Positions 29,294-39,097 of a stretch of DNA of 52,415 nucleotides are shown here, piece by piece (positions within the stretch are counted from its first letter, which is position 1; every line of letters starts with the position of its first letter). A program made the translations under genes and the position numbers. The notes below the pieces were generated by a model. That model worked only from the letters and a program-made list of their open reading frames with translations. It searched no databases and was not told the origin of the DNA. The stretch comes from a virus (taxonomy: Duplodnaviria; Caudoviricetes), in IMG/VR virus record IMGVR_UViG_3300018917_000004, positions 1-52,415 of that record; one strand, 5' to 3'.

Positions 29294-29572
29294 CTATTCT
29301 AACGTATTATACACTGATTCAGCGTAGTTGGTTAGTGCGTTCCGTGTGTTCTCTGGCATCCCGTCAGCTACCCAGAGGGTATAGGGCATATCGTCACCCT
29401 GAATTTCAATCATGAAGTACGGTGATGCACTAGGGTGCCCTCCTATCTCCATATCGTCCCATTCGATACTGATAACCTCAGCACCGATAAATGAGATGTT
29501 GGCATCTAGGTCTCTATCGTATGCACTATACAAACTATTATCTACGGGGGAATACGTTGCCATCAGGTTCAC
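29294..29572 (-). CDS. Small acidic protein, candidate immunity protein
   Basis: Directly downstream of the LHH nuclease gene; likely start is ATG 29563. Confidence 0.5.
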   Translation of the reverse strand: MNLMATYSPVDNSLYSAYDRDLDANISFIGAEVISIEWDDMEIGGHPSASPYFMIEIQGDDMPYTLWVADGMPENTRNALTNYAESVYNTLE

Positions 29573-29600
29573 CTTTCTCTCTGATATCTCTAATTATACA

Positions 29601-31163
29601 CTAACTTAACTGACTTGACACGGTTTTACTTTGTTTATCTTTCGCTACTTGCTGCCGCTGTGCTGCTTGTGCAAATTCGGTTTCTATTTCCTCAGGCTTC
29701 GCTAGACCCCTCTGTATACGTCGATTCAACTCACCTTGTAGTACATATACTTCACGGCGGCGATACTCAGCCCAAAAGCCATCCCTGATACCATTATGAT
29801 ACTCACGGCCCTCAGTTTCACCAAACTCACTACCTTTCAGTTTGCTCGGTATGCCAAAAGTACTCACTTTACCCGTGTCAGGATGAATGCCATCAGGGTG
29901 ATTAGCTACATACAACGGTTGTGATTTAATATTATGAGTGCCACCGGCTAGCACTACATACTCCCTTTGTCCCTTAGGCGCACAAGCTATCTCGTACCCT
30001 GATTGTATGTTGGGGTTTGGTCGTAACTGACCTCTCATGATTTCCTTAGCCTCATCGAGTGTCATTTTACCACTATCTACGTCACGCCTTATTTCATCAA
30101 AGGGCCTCGGTACCCACTGGTTTATATGATGCAGTTCCATGCCGCCATAGCCATCCTTAGCTAGCAACTTGGGGTCAACACGGCCCCCCATATTCACAAC
30201 GTCCCACCGTGGCGCTGGTACCGCTACCTTCTTAGTGTCCCATGCTTCAACATACTTCATATTGGTTGCTAAGTCGGATACGAGCTGCTTTGTTTCTAAC
30301 TCACGTAGCCTAGCGTTCATACTGGGCACACCTTTCACCGTTTCCCCTTCATAAACTAATACACGCTTTTGGCTATTTAGGTTAATCGATTGACCCTCGT
30401 GTATCACATTATACTCAAAGTTTCTATCTATGCGCTCTTTAAATCCCCCTCGGTAACCATCATGCACCGTGTCTCTCCATACCTTCACCTTACCACCTTC
30501 TATCTTTAGGTGATTAGGATTAACCGGGGCCCTCAGGTCAGCTCGGTCTGTTGCTGCATTCTTAGGCCCCTTACCTAATATTTGTTGCATTTGGGGCACT
30601 GTGAACCCCGTGAAAGGCATGGGTAACCCTTTCTCATGCAGTTTCAGCGCTCGTCTACAGGCCGCCTTAGTTTCCTTTGAGTCCTTAGCTGCCTTTATTT
30701 TCTCTTTAGTTATCTTAGGTAACGATTTACTGTAACTTTTAGTTAACTTGTCAACCTTCTCGGCCAATAGTTCCTCAGGGGTCTTGGTAGGCTTTTTAGC
30801 CTTAGCTTTTTTGGTACCTTTAGCTACGTTCGTATCCTTGCTGTCAACTGAGGCATCGACTGCTTTAGCCGTCACAGAAGCTTTACGTGCATTGAGTACC
30901 TTGGTTAGCCTAGCTCTCGTGGTATCATCTAGCTCGTCTAATATCTGCTTTCGGGCCCTTGATACCTCAATCGCGCTCTTGACTGACTTTACGGCCCCCT
31001 TAGCTAATTGGGAGTTTTGACGACTACTGTTACCCTTACCGGCCCTCTTAGCTTTAGTAGGCTTTTCTCGGTCAGCAGTTTCGATAAATTGACCCTTAGA
31101 GCCACGAGGGTGTAATGATGCTGAAAACTTCAACCTTCTACCACTTTTTGACTTAGGCATCAC
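29601..31163 (-). CDS. Head-module protein with HPRG..GQF N-terminal motif, Lys-rich linker and C-terminal LHH (HNH-type) nuclease
   Basis: MELHHINQ...GGTH..ANHP...IRDGFWAEYRR. Confidence 0.65.
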   Translation of the reverse strand: MMPKSKSGRRLKFSASLHPRGSKGQFIETADREKPTKAKRAGKGNSSRQNSQLAKGAVKSVKSAIEVSRARKQILDELDDTTRARLTKVLNARKASVTAKAVDASVDSKDTNVAKGTKKAKAKKPTKTPEELLAEKVDKLTKSYSKSLPKITKEKIKAAKDSKETKAACRRALKLHEKGLPMPFTGFTVPQMQQILGKGPKNAATDRADLRAPVNPNHLKIEGGKVKVWRDTVHDGYRGGFKERIDRNFEYNVIHEGQSINLNSQKRVLVYEGETVKGVPSMNARLRELETKQLVSDLATNMKYVEAWDTKKVAVPAPRWDVVNMGGRVDPKLLAKDGYGGMELHHINQWVPRPFDEIRRDVDSGKMTLDEAKEIMRGQLRPNPNIQSGYEIACAPKGQREYVVLAGGTHNIKSQPLYVANHPDGIHPDTGKVSTFGIPSKLKGSEFGETEGREYHNGIRDGFWAEYRRREVYVLQGELNRRIQRGLAKPEEIETEFAQAAQRQQVAKDKQSKTVSSQLS

Positions 31164-32790
31164 CTAGCACCTCATTTAACTCATCTTCCGTGAGACCAAA
31201 GGCCTCTGCTATTCTTGCTGGCATATCACTATCCTCAGGTTCCTCTGTTTCTTCTGTTTCTTCCGGGGCAAATAGGGCCTCTAACTCTTCATCAATGGCC
31301 TCTTGCAATTCAGCGCTAATGTGGCCTAACATCACACCGATTAACTTATTATACCATACTTTCATTGCGCTAGGTGGCAGCGGTACTACTAAGTCGCCTA
31401 GGCCTAACGTTTGAGTAATCATGGCCTCTAAGGACGATACATCAAACCTATCGAGACCGGTGGCCGTTGGTGGCTCAGTGCCCCTCAGGGTAGCCATCAT
31501 ATCTAAGAGCTGTTGTGATAACTTTTTCACACTGTAACCATGAGTCTTCATAGTGTTTTCTATGAGGTCTCTGTCTACTTTTTTCGACTCGCCGCTCTGT
31601 TCAACCGTGCCTTTATTCGGGCTACTGCTTGCAAACGATAGGCACGCTATGGCCCTGATTTGCTGTTCAATCTTGTCTAGCATGGCCTCCTGATTCGTTA
31701 TCGCGGCCCCGGTTGACTCGACGAATTCAAACTTCTGGCCTATGAGGACGTGTGCGTTATCAGTTTTCAAGTTGTCAGCACTAGGCTGTTCATAGCTAAC
31801 ACGGTAGTCATTGGCTGGCGGTGGTGGTGCCGGTGTAAATACTCGTTGCACAATACCACTCAGGGCCCCTGATTCTGTCCATGCCGACTCGATGATAAAG
31901 TGTTGCTTCTGTTTCAGTACAACGGCCTTACCTGTCCACATTTCTTTTTTGAGTATCAAGTGCGTCATCAGTGGCTTTTTATGCCCATGATAGAACGGCT
32001 GGCCTTTCATTGGTATCTTGAGGTCAGGGTAACCCAAACTGACCCACTCTAAACCATCAAACACCTCACTGATACAAGAGTAACTTGTTTGACCCATTAC
32101 TTCCTCTTGGTACGCTACCGTACCGAGTAGTACTGATGGGTATTGGTTCAACCGTACCTCAGCTTCATATACCACAGTAGCCTCAGGTTCCCATATGGTA
32201 TACCGGAGGTAATGGCGGCGGCCAGTTAACGCACTGCCCCTAGAAATAATCTGTCTCGCCTTATACCACTGGTACGGCTCATAGTCAATAATTAAATCAG
32301 GGGTATATGTGATAGCATAAGGGTCATTACCTAACGCTAGCTTCTCGGCTCTCGAACGAATCACGGCCCCTGTGTCAGGTAGGTCAACCGCTACAAATAC
32401 GCGACCGTAATGTAACAGGGTACTGAATACTTCACTCTGCCATAGTCTTTCTGAGGTGTCCTTGCCATCCCAATTAGCCCTTATGCGTTGCCAGAAATCC
32501 TCATCTGAATCGGTACCCTCTAACTCATACGGGGCATCCTGTAAGAACGTCGTGAAGTTCTTGATAGCCTCAGTCATCACCGGGGTAAACGATAGCTTCT
32601 CAAGACGCGCTAAGTATACATCGTTTTCCTCACCGGGCCGTTGTTTCAAATACTTCTGAGGGTACCTGAGTAGCGCCGGTGCGCCCTCTTCAAAGTCGGC
32701 TATCATATCCCAGATACCACTATAATACTTATAGTCTTCATGAAAACTATTAAGTTTAGTTATATCAATTCTATCGGGGTAATTGGTCAT
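31153..32790 (-). CDS. Portal protein
   Basis: YLKQRPGEENDVYLARL, QSGESKKVD; follows TerL. Confidence 0.85.
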   Translation of the reverse strand: MTNYPDRIDITKLNSFHEDYKYYSGIWDMIADFEEGAPALLRYPQKYLKQRPGEENDVYLARLEKLSFTPVMTEAIKNFTTFLQDAPYELEGTDSDEDFWQRIRANWDGKDTSERLWQSEVFSTLLHYGRVFVAVDLPDTGAVIRSRAEKLALGNDPYAITYTPDLIIDYEPYQWYKARQIISRGSALTGRRHYLRYTIWEPEATVVYEAEVRLNQYPSVLLGTVAYQEEVMGQTSYSCISEVFDGLEWVSLGYPDLKIPMKGQPFYHGHKKPLMTHLILKKEMWTGKAVVLKQKQHFIIESAWTESGALSGIVQRVFTPAPPPPANDYRVSYEQPSADNLKTDNAHVLIGQKFEFVESTGAAITNQEAMLDKIEQQIRAIACLSFASSSPNKGTVEQSGESKKVDRDLIENTMKTHGYSVKKLSQQLLDMMATLRGTEPPTATGLDRFDVSSLEAMITQTLGLGDLVVPLPPSAMKVWYNKLIGVMLGHISAELQEAIDEELEALFAPEETEETEEPEDSDMPARIAEAFGLTEDELNEVLGDA

Positions 32791-32792
32791 AA

Positions 32793-34154
32793 TTAGGCAT
32801 ACTCACTAAAGTAATTTTGAATGATGGGCATCAGGGCGTAACGTGTAGCGTCGATAATATGGTCATTTTGACCATCAGCAACATCTTCTGTTATTATACC
32901 ATCTTTATTCTTTTTCCTATGGTATGCAGCAAATAGCTGTACGGCTTCATCAGGCGTAACGTGCCACTGTGATAACTTACGGTTATAAGGTGATATCGCA
33001 TCTACCGCAGGGAATAATAGACGCTTTTGGTATATAAGGCTATGAACGTAATCTATACCGTCTTGTATCGCATTGTTACCACCTATCGCCCTCTTAAGCC
33101 CCGGTTGATTATGGTCGGCACCAAGGGCCCTAACTTCCAGTATTGACGCTGGTCTACTTGGGTCACAGAATGTATTGACAATATTGTACTTTTGTGCTAA
33201 GCGTACTATTTCCCTATGTAGCATTGGTGTCGTCACAGGGCTACCACCTTGACTTTCGAGACTAAAGTTACCTTGCCATCCTTCCAGGTATGACCACAGG
33301 CCACTAGGGTCACGATTCAACACGACTAACGCAGGGTTAACATCACCCCAGTCAATACCTAGTACATTTATACCATCCGGCATACCTGTTCGTGATAACA
33401 ATGTCACACGGTTATCCTCGTCTAACTCAGAGAATATTTTACCCTCGAAGTCTTCAAAGGAGGCCTCATATTCCTGCCTGAATAACCTGGGTGGCAGCGT
33501 GCGCCTTGCTTCCTCTAGTTCTTCCTCAAGGTTAGGTATCGTCACGTTGCTTGAGGTCGGCTTGTTCCAACTAGCATAAATTTGTGGGAATTGTTCAGCC
33601 CTAAGGTACATTTTATACAGGTGATTCAATTTACCCTTAGGGGTACCTGTGAAGATACCACGGCTACCAAGTGTATCGGCCATCGCCGGTCGGCATACGG
33701 TCGAAAATATGTCCGGTTTCCAATCTTGGTACTCGTCAGCCGCTAAGAACCATATTCTATTACCACGCATTCGGTCACCATTTTGGTCATTAGCACCCCT
33801 AATTACAATCGGTGGCTTACCGTCTCTCAGGTAGATAGTGTGGTCACTGTGGTTAATTTTGTAAGCGTACTTTGACAACGCTGTACCCTCGAACAACGCG
33901 GCCAGCGGTCGCCATAAGATACCCTTAGCTTGTTGCAGTGTAGGCAGGGCCCCTAAGACTACTTGGGGGCTTTGACGGTCAATAGTGCCAGGGAAGGACA
34001 GTGCGGCCCTTACAATTTCCCACTGTATCAACCGTGTCTTCCCAAAGCGCCTACCGTTCACCGTTGTCCTAAAGCGTGCCGGGTGCATGAATATTTCACG
34101 CTGAGCCTCATGTAAACTAATCGGTATCATTTTCTTTAGTGCCTCCAGTTTCAC
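32793..34154 (-). CDS. terL: Terminase large subunit
   Basis: Walker A GRRFGKT, Walker B LAADEY, GTPKG, FRQEYEASF, GIDWG, NDHIIDATRY. Confidence 0.95.
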   Translation of the reverse strand: MKLEALKKMIPISLHEAQREIFMHPARFRTTVNGRRFGKTRLIQWEIVRAALSFPGTIDRQSPQVVLGALPTLQQAKGILWRPLAALFEGTALSKYAYKINHSDHTIYLRDGKPPIVIRGANDQNGDRMRGNRIWFLAADEYQDWKPDIFSTVCRPAMADTLGSRGIFTGTPKGKLNHLYKMYLRAEQFPQIYASWNKPTSSNVTIPNLEEELEEARRTLPPRLFRQEYEASFEDFEGKIFSELDEDNRVTLLSRTGMPDGINVLGIDWGDVNPALVVLNRDPSGLWSYLEGWQGNFSLESQGGSPVTTPMLHREIVRLAQKYNIVNTFCDPSRPASILEVRALGADHNQPGLKRAIGGNNAIQDGIDYVHSLIYQKRLLFPAVDAISPYNRKLSQWHVTPDEAVQLFAAYHRKKNKDGIITEDVADGQNDHIIDATRYALMPIIQNYFSEYA

Positions 34155-34452
34155 CTTGTGGCCCTGTTATCACATGAAGCTCGAATTGATAATCACGGTC
34201 TTCCGGTGCGCCCTCTGACGCTATATCATACAGGTCTTTCACGATACCCCAGGTCACCCTAATGGCTTGTACGGCCGTTCGCATATCAATTTCAGTAACG
34301 ACCACTACGTCACCTTTGGCTGATGCTTTCTCCTGTTGGTACCCTTCTACACTTTTAGACCTGATTACCTCCAATTCAGCCAACAATTGCATAGGGTCAG
34401 CTTGGAATTCACCTATGCTCTTCAAGTATCGTTTCGCTTGCTCAGGTGTCAT
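34117..34452 (-). CDS. Probable terminase small subunit
   Basis: 111 aa overlapping the TerL start. Confidence 0.55.
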   Translation of the reverse strand: MTPEQAKRYLKSIGEFQADPMQLLAELEVIRSKSVEGYQQEKASAKGDVVVVTEIDMRTAVQAIRVTWGIVKDLYDIASEGAPEDRDYQFELHVITGPQGETGGTKENDTD

Positions 34453-34459
34453 AATGTTA

Positions 34460-34975
34460 TCACAGTGCTACAGGTGTACTCAGGGCCTTCTTTGCTGTCA
34501 TCAATACATCTAAGGTTACTTGTGTCGCAATACATTTATAGTATGCATCACAAAGCACCTTTGTTATCACACTTGATATAGTAAGGTAAATGTAGAATCT
34601 AGGTGGCACCATGACCTCTTCAGAGTCACACGTTGCCCCTATTACCTCCCATAACCTATTGTCGTTCACCGTTACCCACTTGGTACGTTCATTCAACACT
34701 TTGTTACTAAGGTATTTTGTCTCTTTAGTGCCCTCTTTCAGAATAGTGAGAGCATAGTTATAAGCGGCCTCAACACCCTGGTAGTCACTAATTATCGACC
34801 GGGCCAACGAGGTGACATTAGGGTCAGTGATGTGGTCACCATATTTATTACGTAACAACTGGGACATATAGACATGACTGACACCATACCGGCGTCCTAG
34901 TTTCCTCAACGATACATTCTGAAGTAGCAATGTCAGCGCTTCATCTAGGTCTACTTGGTCTCTCTTGTTAGTCAT
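34460..34975 (-). CDS. HTH DNA-binding protein
   Basis: SLRKLGRRYGVSHVYMSQLL helix-turn-helix. Confidence 0.6.
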   Translation of the reverse strand: MTNKRDQVDLDEALTLLLQNVSLRKLGRRYGVSHVYMSQLLRNKYGDHITDPNVTSLARSIISDYQGVEAAYNYALTILKEGTKETKYLSNKVLNERTKWVTVNDNRLWEVIGATCDSEEVMVPPRFYIYLTISSVITKVLCDAYYKCIATQVTLDVLMTAKKALSTPVAL

Positions 34976-35069
34976 AACTCAATTAATACCGTTTAGTTCT
35001 GTTAGGTAACAGTATAACACAAATAACCCCTAGTTGCCTAGGGGTCTCATGTGTGACTTTGTTATCACA

Positions 35070-35207
35070 TTAGTTTTGTTGGTTATCAGGGGCACCATCG
35101 CCCCCAGTATCCTCTACGGCACTTAGGTCAACTTCGACGTTACCGTCAGCATCAACGGTAATGAATTCATCATACTCCCCATCGGCCCTGGTTTCTTCGA
35201 CTGACAT
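35070..35207 (-). CDS. 45-aa acidic peptide
   Basis: MSVEETRADGEYDEFITVDADGNVEVDLSAVEDTGGDGAPDNQQN with GGAGG RBS; not in the ORF track. Confidence 0.5.
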   Translation of the reverse strand: MSVEETRADGEYDEFITVDADGNVEVDLSAVEDTGGDGAPDNQQN

Positions 35208-35358
35208 TGGCATCCTCCACACCGTACTTATAAGCCTGATGTTCACTGTTTGTTCTGAAGAAATGAAAGGGCCTCATAGGGTCAGTATTTAGCCCGAATG
35301 CATATGCTTTCCTCAGTCTACCTGTGTTAATCAAGCACCTAGGGTAGAATTGAGTCAC
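35170..35358 (-). CDS. Hypothetical protein
   Basis: 62-aa ORF overlapping the end of the ATPase gene. Confidence 0.45.
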   Translation of the reverse strand: MTQFYPRCLINTGRLRKAYAFGLNTDPMRPFHFFRTNSEHQAYKYGVEDANVSRRNQGRWGV

Positions 35359-36802
35359 TTGTCACCTCGATATCATTAGTCTCATTATAGCCTTCTGGTG
35401 CGTCGCCGGTCAACCTATCCTGGCCACCAATTAGCTTTATAGGGCCGTATTCATTCTCTACTTTGCGCCAGTGCTTCAAACCTACCTTAAACGCCTTATC
35501 GCCCTTACCTACACCCCAGGCCTCACGTATAATACGGCCCTTCGACCAACCAAGGTTAGCTTTCTCAACAGCCACCTTATATAACACTTGTGATAACATT
35601 ATATCTGATGTACTTGTTATCACAATTTCATTAGTGTCTACAGGTACCGTGAGGGTGTTGGTTACAGTTGGCGCTACCGGGGACACCGTTACCCACTGGT
35701 TAGGCTTAGGCAACTCAGCATAATATTTATCTACAATGCACTTATGCTCTTGTGATAACATGGTACTCAGTGTAGCCTGCCAATAGGCCCGGTGTGCGTC
35801 ATTGCTCAATAGGCCCATTATTTCAATAGCGCGTTCTTCAGCCCCTGTACCTACATAGATGTGACACAGTGACTGCCTAACAGCACCCTGGCCCTCAATA
35901 CCTAATGATTTAACGTCATTCTGCTGTACAATCAGAATCAGCCTAATGTTCACCTTTCGCGCTTCTCGCACTAGGTCTAGCCAGATGTCACGAAGGCCAG
36001 GGTAGTCGCTAAGTGAGTTGAATTCGTCACAGATAAAATTGATAGGCTCACCTGACACAAAGCGGCCGTCATCGCCTAATTTTAACCGGCGTTTCATTTC
36101 AAACCACAGGGCCCTGAATGCTTGACAAATCGTTGGCGATATGGTACCCTCTTCAATTTCAGACCACGTTACTATACCATCATGACCCTGTGGCACTGTT
36201 ATCACACGTAACATGTTATCCCACTGGTCTAACGGTGTCTTAACGTTGAATTGGTGCTTATTGAAGGCCGCGCCGTTACCTACGTTATTTTCGGCCCCTA
36301 TGATTCTCTTACAAGACGAGAACTCACCTACCTGCCAGTGCGGTATAGCGCCGTAGGTTGTACCTTTCAACAAGCCTGCCAAGTTCTCAGCTAGAGTACT
36401 CTTACCACCGCCGCTAGCGCCGATAATGAGACAATGAGGATACAGGTTAGGCTTAGTAACCAATTCTTGCCAATCGAATGTCTTAGGTACCTCAGGGGCC
36501 TCTAGCACAGGCCTGGTAGCCTCATAATATCTAGCGGTGCGGCTCATGTCACTCACATTTCTCAGGTCTCTAGAGGCCTCTAGTGACTCTCTGCCGTTCC
36601 TAGATGACACCATAGCCACTGTGCTTGTCATGGCCCCCGTTAGCAATAGCATCGTTTTACTGACACCGATTGTACACAGGGCACCATACAGCGACGCGGT
36701 GATACCCGTTACAGCCACTGTGTTAATAATAGCTGTACGCAGATAATGTGATTGAAGGAAGGCCGCTTCTGACCTAATGCTGCCGGGGTCATAATTCATC
36801 AC
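35339..36802 (-). CDS. Membrane-anchored FtsK/HerA-superfamily P-loop ATPase
   Basis: Two N-terminal TM segments, Walker A GASGGGKST, Walker B FICDEF, REARKVNIRLILIVQ, HTH-like C-terminus. Confidence 0.75.
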   Translation of the reverse strand: MMNYDPGSIRSEAAFLQSHYLRTAIINTVAVTGITASLYGALCTIGVSKTMLLLTGAMTSTVAMVSSRNGRESLEASRDLRNVSDMSRTARYYEATRPVLEAPEVPKTFDWQELVTKPNLYPHCLIIGASGGGKSTLAENLAGLLKGTTYGAIPHWQVGEFSSCKRIIGAENNVGNGAAFNKHQFNVKTPLDQWDNMLRVITVPQGHDGIVTWSEIEEGTISPTICQAFRALWFEMKRRLKLGDDGRFVSGEPINFICDEFNSLSDYPGLRDIWLDLVREARKVNIRLILIVQQNDVKSLGIEGQGAVRQSLCHIYVGTGAEERAIEIMGLLSNDAHRAYWQATLSTMLSQEHKCIVDKYYAELPKPNQWVTVSPVAPTVTNTLTVPVDTNEIVITSTSDIMLSQVLYKVAVEKANLGWSKGRIIREAWGVGKGDKAFKVGLKHWRKVENEYGPIKLIGGQDRLTGDAPEGYNETNDIEVTSDSILP

Positions 36803-37299
36803 TATTCTCCTATAGTTCCAACTGGTGTTACAATGTTATAACAAGACTCACCAGGGCCTATTTGACCCTGTTCACATCGGGCACTCGGTACGATACTAAC
36901 GCACCCTAGGCTAATACCTGCCATAATGCACACCAATCGCATCATGGCCATCGGTGCCAACTTAGCATTACTATAGGTAGTTATACCTAGTAGTAAAATG
37001 ATAGTACCTGAGGGTATGAGGAGTAACGGGAAGGTAGGAATACCTACTGTAATTAGGCCCCAAGTGGACACCCATAGCCCTAGGTTCCCGGCGGCCTCAA
37101 CTCTACTGTTAGGTAAAGAGAAGAACTTTGACCACTCATGAACCCAGCCGTCACTACTATCATTAGTGTTGCCTTGGATACTCAAGGGCGTCACTGTCTG
37201 TTGCCCTAGTATCCCCTGCCTCTCTATTGCTGCTATGTCTTTCTGAGGTTCCCTGTTGTCCATAACTCTCCATGATGGTACTTGTGATAACAATAGCAC
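36802..37299 (-). CDS. Multi-TM membrane protein
   Basis: Three hydrophobic segments; coupled to the ATPase; likely start ATG 37263. Confidence 0.6.
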   Translation of the reverse strand: MLLLSQVPSWRVMDNREPQKDIAAIERQGILGQQTVTPLSIQGNTNDSSDGWVHEWSKFFSLPNSRVEAAGNLGLWVSTWGLITVGIPTFPLLLIPSGTIILLLGITTYSNAKLAPMAMMRLVCIMAGISLGCVSIVPSARCEQGQIGPGESCYNIVTPVGTIGE

Positions 37300-37435
37300 T
37301 GCCTTGAACTACTAAGGCCGTTATAACAGCGATGTAGGTTAGTTTATCCTGATGGCACCTGGCAGCATTCTGAATTCTAGCAATACCGGGGCCCCACTGG
37401 TTACCTCCTATTCTACCTGATGTTTTAGGGGCCAT
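37163..37435 (-). CDS. Single-TM protein
   Basis: First ORF after the -10 box at ~37464; TM segment YIAVITALVV. Confidence 0.45.
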   Translation of the reverse strand: MAPKTSGRIGGNQWGPGIARIQNAARCHQDKLTYIAVITALVVQGSAIVITSTIMESYGQQGTSERHSSNREAGDTRATDSDALEYPRQH

Positions 37436-37496
37436 AAGTCATCCAACTGTTTACTATATCTCTAATATAGCACAATGCTTCGCATTACAACCGTAT

Positions 37497-37528
37497 TGTG
37501 CCAGTTATAAAGTGGCACACGGTTAACA
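37497..37528. promoter_or_regulatory. Palindromic operator-like site, copy 2 of 3
   Basis: TGTGCCA-GTTATAAAG-TGGCACA. Confidence 0.6.
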
Positions 37529-37551
37529 GCGATTAGTATCTGTGTGATATT

Positions 37552-38172
37552 GTGATAACAAGTAATATAAGGAGGCACGAAGTGCTTGACGGTAAAAAGG
37601 TAATTAGTTACATGAGGGCTAAGGGCTATGAAGTGCGTGCGGTTAACCTAGTAGGTATTGAGGGCATGAATGCTGATGGTAGCCTCAATAGTGACCAGTT
37701 AGACCTATGGAATGATGTTGTCTTGGTCATCAGGGACACTGGTGAGATATTGGTCTCAGCGGTAGCCACAACGGAACCAGGCCGCTATTACACTAAGAAC
37801 CGTATGAACCCACGAGGGGCCGCTAGGTTAGCCATAGGGCAACATAAGGATGCTTGGGCCTTCGGTTACCACAACTATGATAAGTCGCATCCTGCCTTAG
37901 TTCAAGTAGGGCCGGTTACTGTCCACCGTGACAATAATGCTGATGGTTTCCGTACTGCTGACGTTACCGACGTGGGCCTCTTCGGTGTCAATATACACGG
38001 TACTCTTGACAGGCATAGTGCCAACAGTGTAGGCCGTTGGTCTGCCGGTTGTGTTGTTAGCCGTGATTGGCCTAAGCACCTCACTATCCTAAAATTCATG
38101 CGTGACTCAGGACGGCCCCTGATTACCTTCACGCTACTCGACGGCACCGATTTCTATAAGTTAACTCGGTAA
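37552..38172 (+). CDS. Endolysin-like protein with L,D-peptidase-type His/Cys motif
   Basis: ATTEPG, GVNIHG..SVGRWSAGC. Confidence 0.65.
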   Translation: MITSNIRRHEVLDGKKVISYMRAKGYEVRAVNLVGIEGMNADGSLNSDQLDLWNDVVLVIRDTGEILVSAVATTEPGRYYTKNRMNPRGAARLAIGQHKDAWAFGYHNYDKSHPALVQVGPVTVHRDNNADGFRTADVTDVGLFGVNIHGTLDRHSANSVGRWSAGCVVSRDWPKHLTILKFMRDSGRPLITFTLLDGTDFYKLTR

Positions 38173-38178
38173 CACATT

Positions 38179-38355
38179 ATGACGTACTATTGCATACCGG
38201 AAGGCATCTTTGTCTTGACGGTCTTAAATGACCAAGGGCCTATCGATGAAGTTTATGCGACTGAGGATGAACTAGAGGCCCGTATTGACTCCCTTATGTA
38301 CACCGATACTCTCGTATGGCTCAACACTATGCCCGGTGGCCCTTATATGCTTTGA
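38179..38355 (+). CDS. 58-aa hypothetical protein
   Basis: MTYYCIPEGIFVL..., starting 6 nt after the lysin stop. Confidence 0.5.
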   Translation: MTYYCIPEGIFVLTVLNDQGPIDEVYATEDELEARIDSLMYTDTLVWLNTMPGGPYML

Positions 38356-38387
38356 TAGGTATTTATACTTACCGATAGCTCTAAAGG

Positions 38388-38499
38388 AAAAGTGGTACCA
38401 CAGGGGGTGTGAGGCAACCAGTAACACCTATAAGCCTTATGTGGTAAAGGTTTCAGCCAATTAACATAATGGTACCATTCGCACAGTGGTACCACTTTG
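38388..38499. repeat. GTGGTACCAC palindrome cluster C
   Basis: Copies at 38392, 38469 and 38486. Confidence 0.75.
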
Positions 38500-38564
38500 A
38501 ACCTAAGTTACATTGTGCTAAAATGACTCACCCTATGATAACTTGGTATAACCAAGATGACCCT

Positions 38565-38852
38565 ATGAATACTAGTGATAATGTTACAACAAGTACATCA
38601 CATGACCCTTCAGTAAACATTGAGAATATTGAGGGTAACTTGAACTCTAATGCGCCTAAAGCAACAGTGCCCCCAGTTACCTACGGGTATCTAGAGACAC
38701 TTAAGACAGCGTTGGTTGCTATTTCAATTATCGGCACAATTGGACTCGCTTGGAAATATGAGGCCGCGTTAACCCCGGCGTTAGTCGTGCTAGGTAGTGC
38801 GGTCGGCGGCTACTTTGGCGCTCAATCTCCTAATAACTCCAAGTCTACTTAG
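38565..38852 (+). CDS. Two-TM holin-like protein
   Basis: ALVAISIIGTIGLAW and ALVVLGSAVGGYFG; start codon uncertain. Confidence 0.6.
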   Translation: MNTSDNVTTSTSHDPSVNIENIEGNLNSNAPKATVPPVTYGYLETLKTALVAISIIGTIGLAWKYEAALTPALVVLGSAVGGYFGAQSPNNSKST

Positions 38853-38854
38853 GG

Positions 38855-39097
38855 CTAACTTTCGCCCTTGGTTATTCGTGGCTCTAAGAGAAACAGTAGG
38901 CGAGTATAGTGAGCTGTGAGGATACCTAATAACCTCTCGGTCTCCTTAGGCTTTTCGAGGTACACTGCGGCCAGAAACATATCAGCGGCCCTATCATCAT
39001 AACCATATACCTTAAGGAGTAGATAGGCAGTATGTAACTTGTGGCCACAGCGTATCTGTGATAACAATTCAGAAGCGTATTCAATAGGAGCTTTCAT
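38855..39097 (-). CDS. Hypothetical protein
   Basis: 80-aa ORF whose start overlaps the divergent ATG. Confidence 0.4.
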   Translation of the reverse strand: MKAPIEYASELLSQIRCGHKLHTAYLLLKVYGYDDRAADMFLAAVYLEKPKETERLLGILTAHYTRLLFLLEPRITKGES

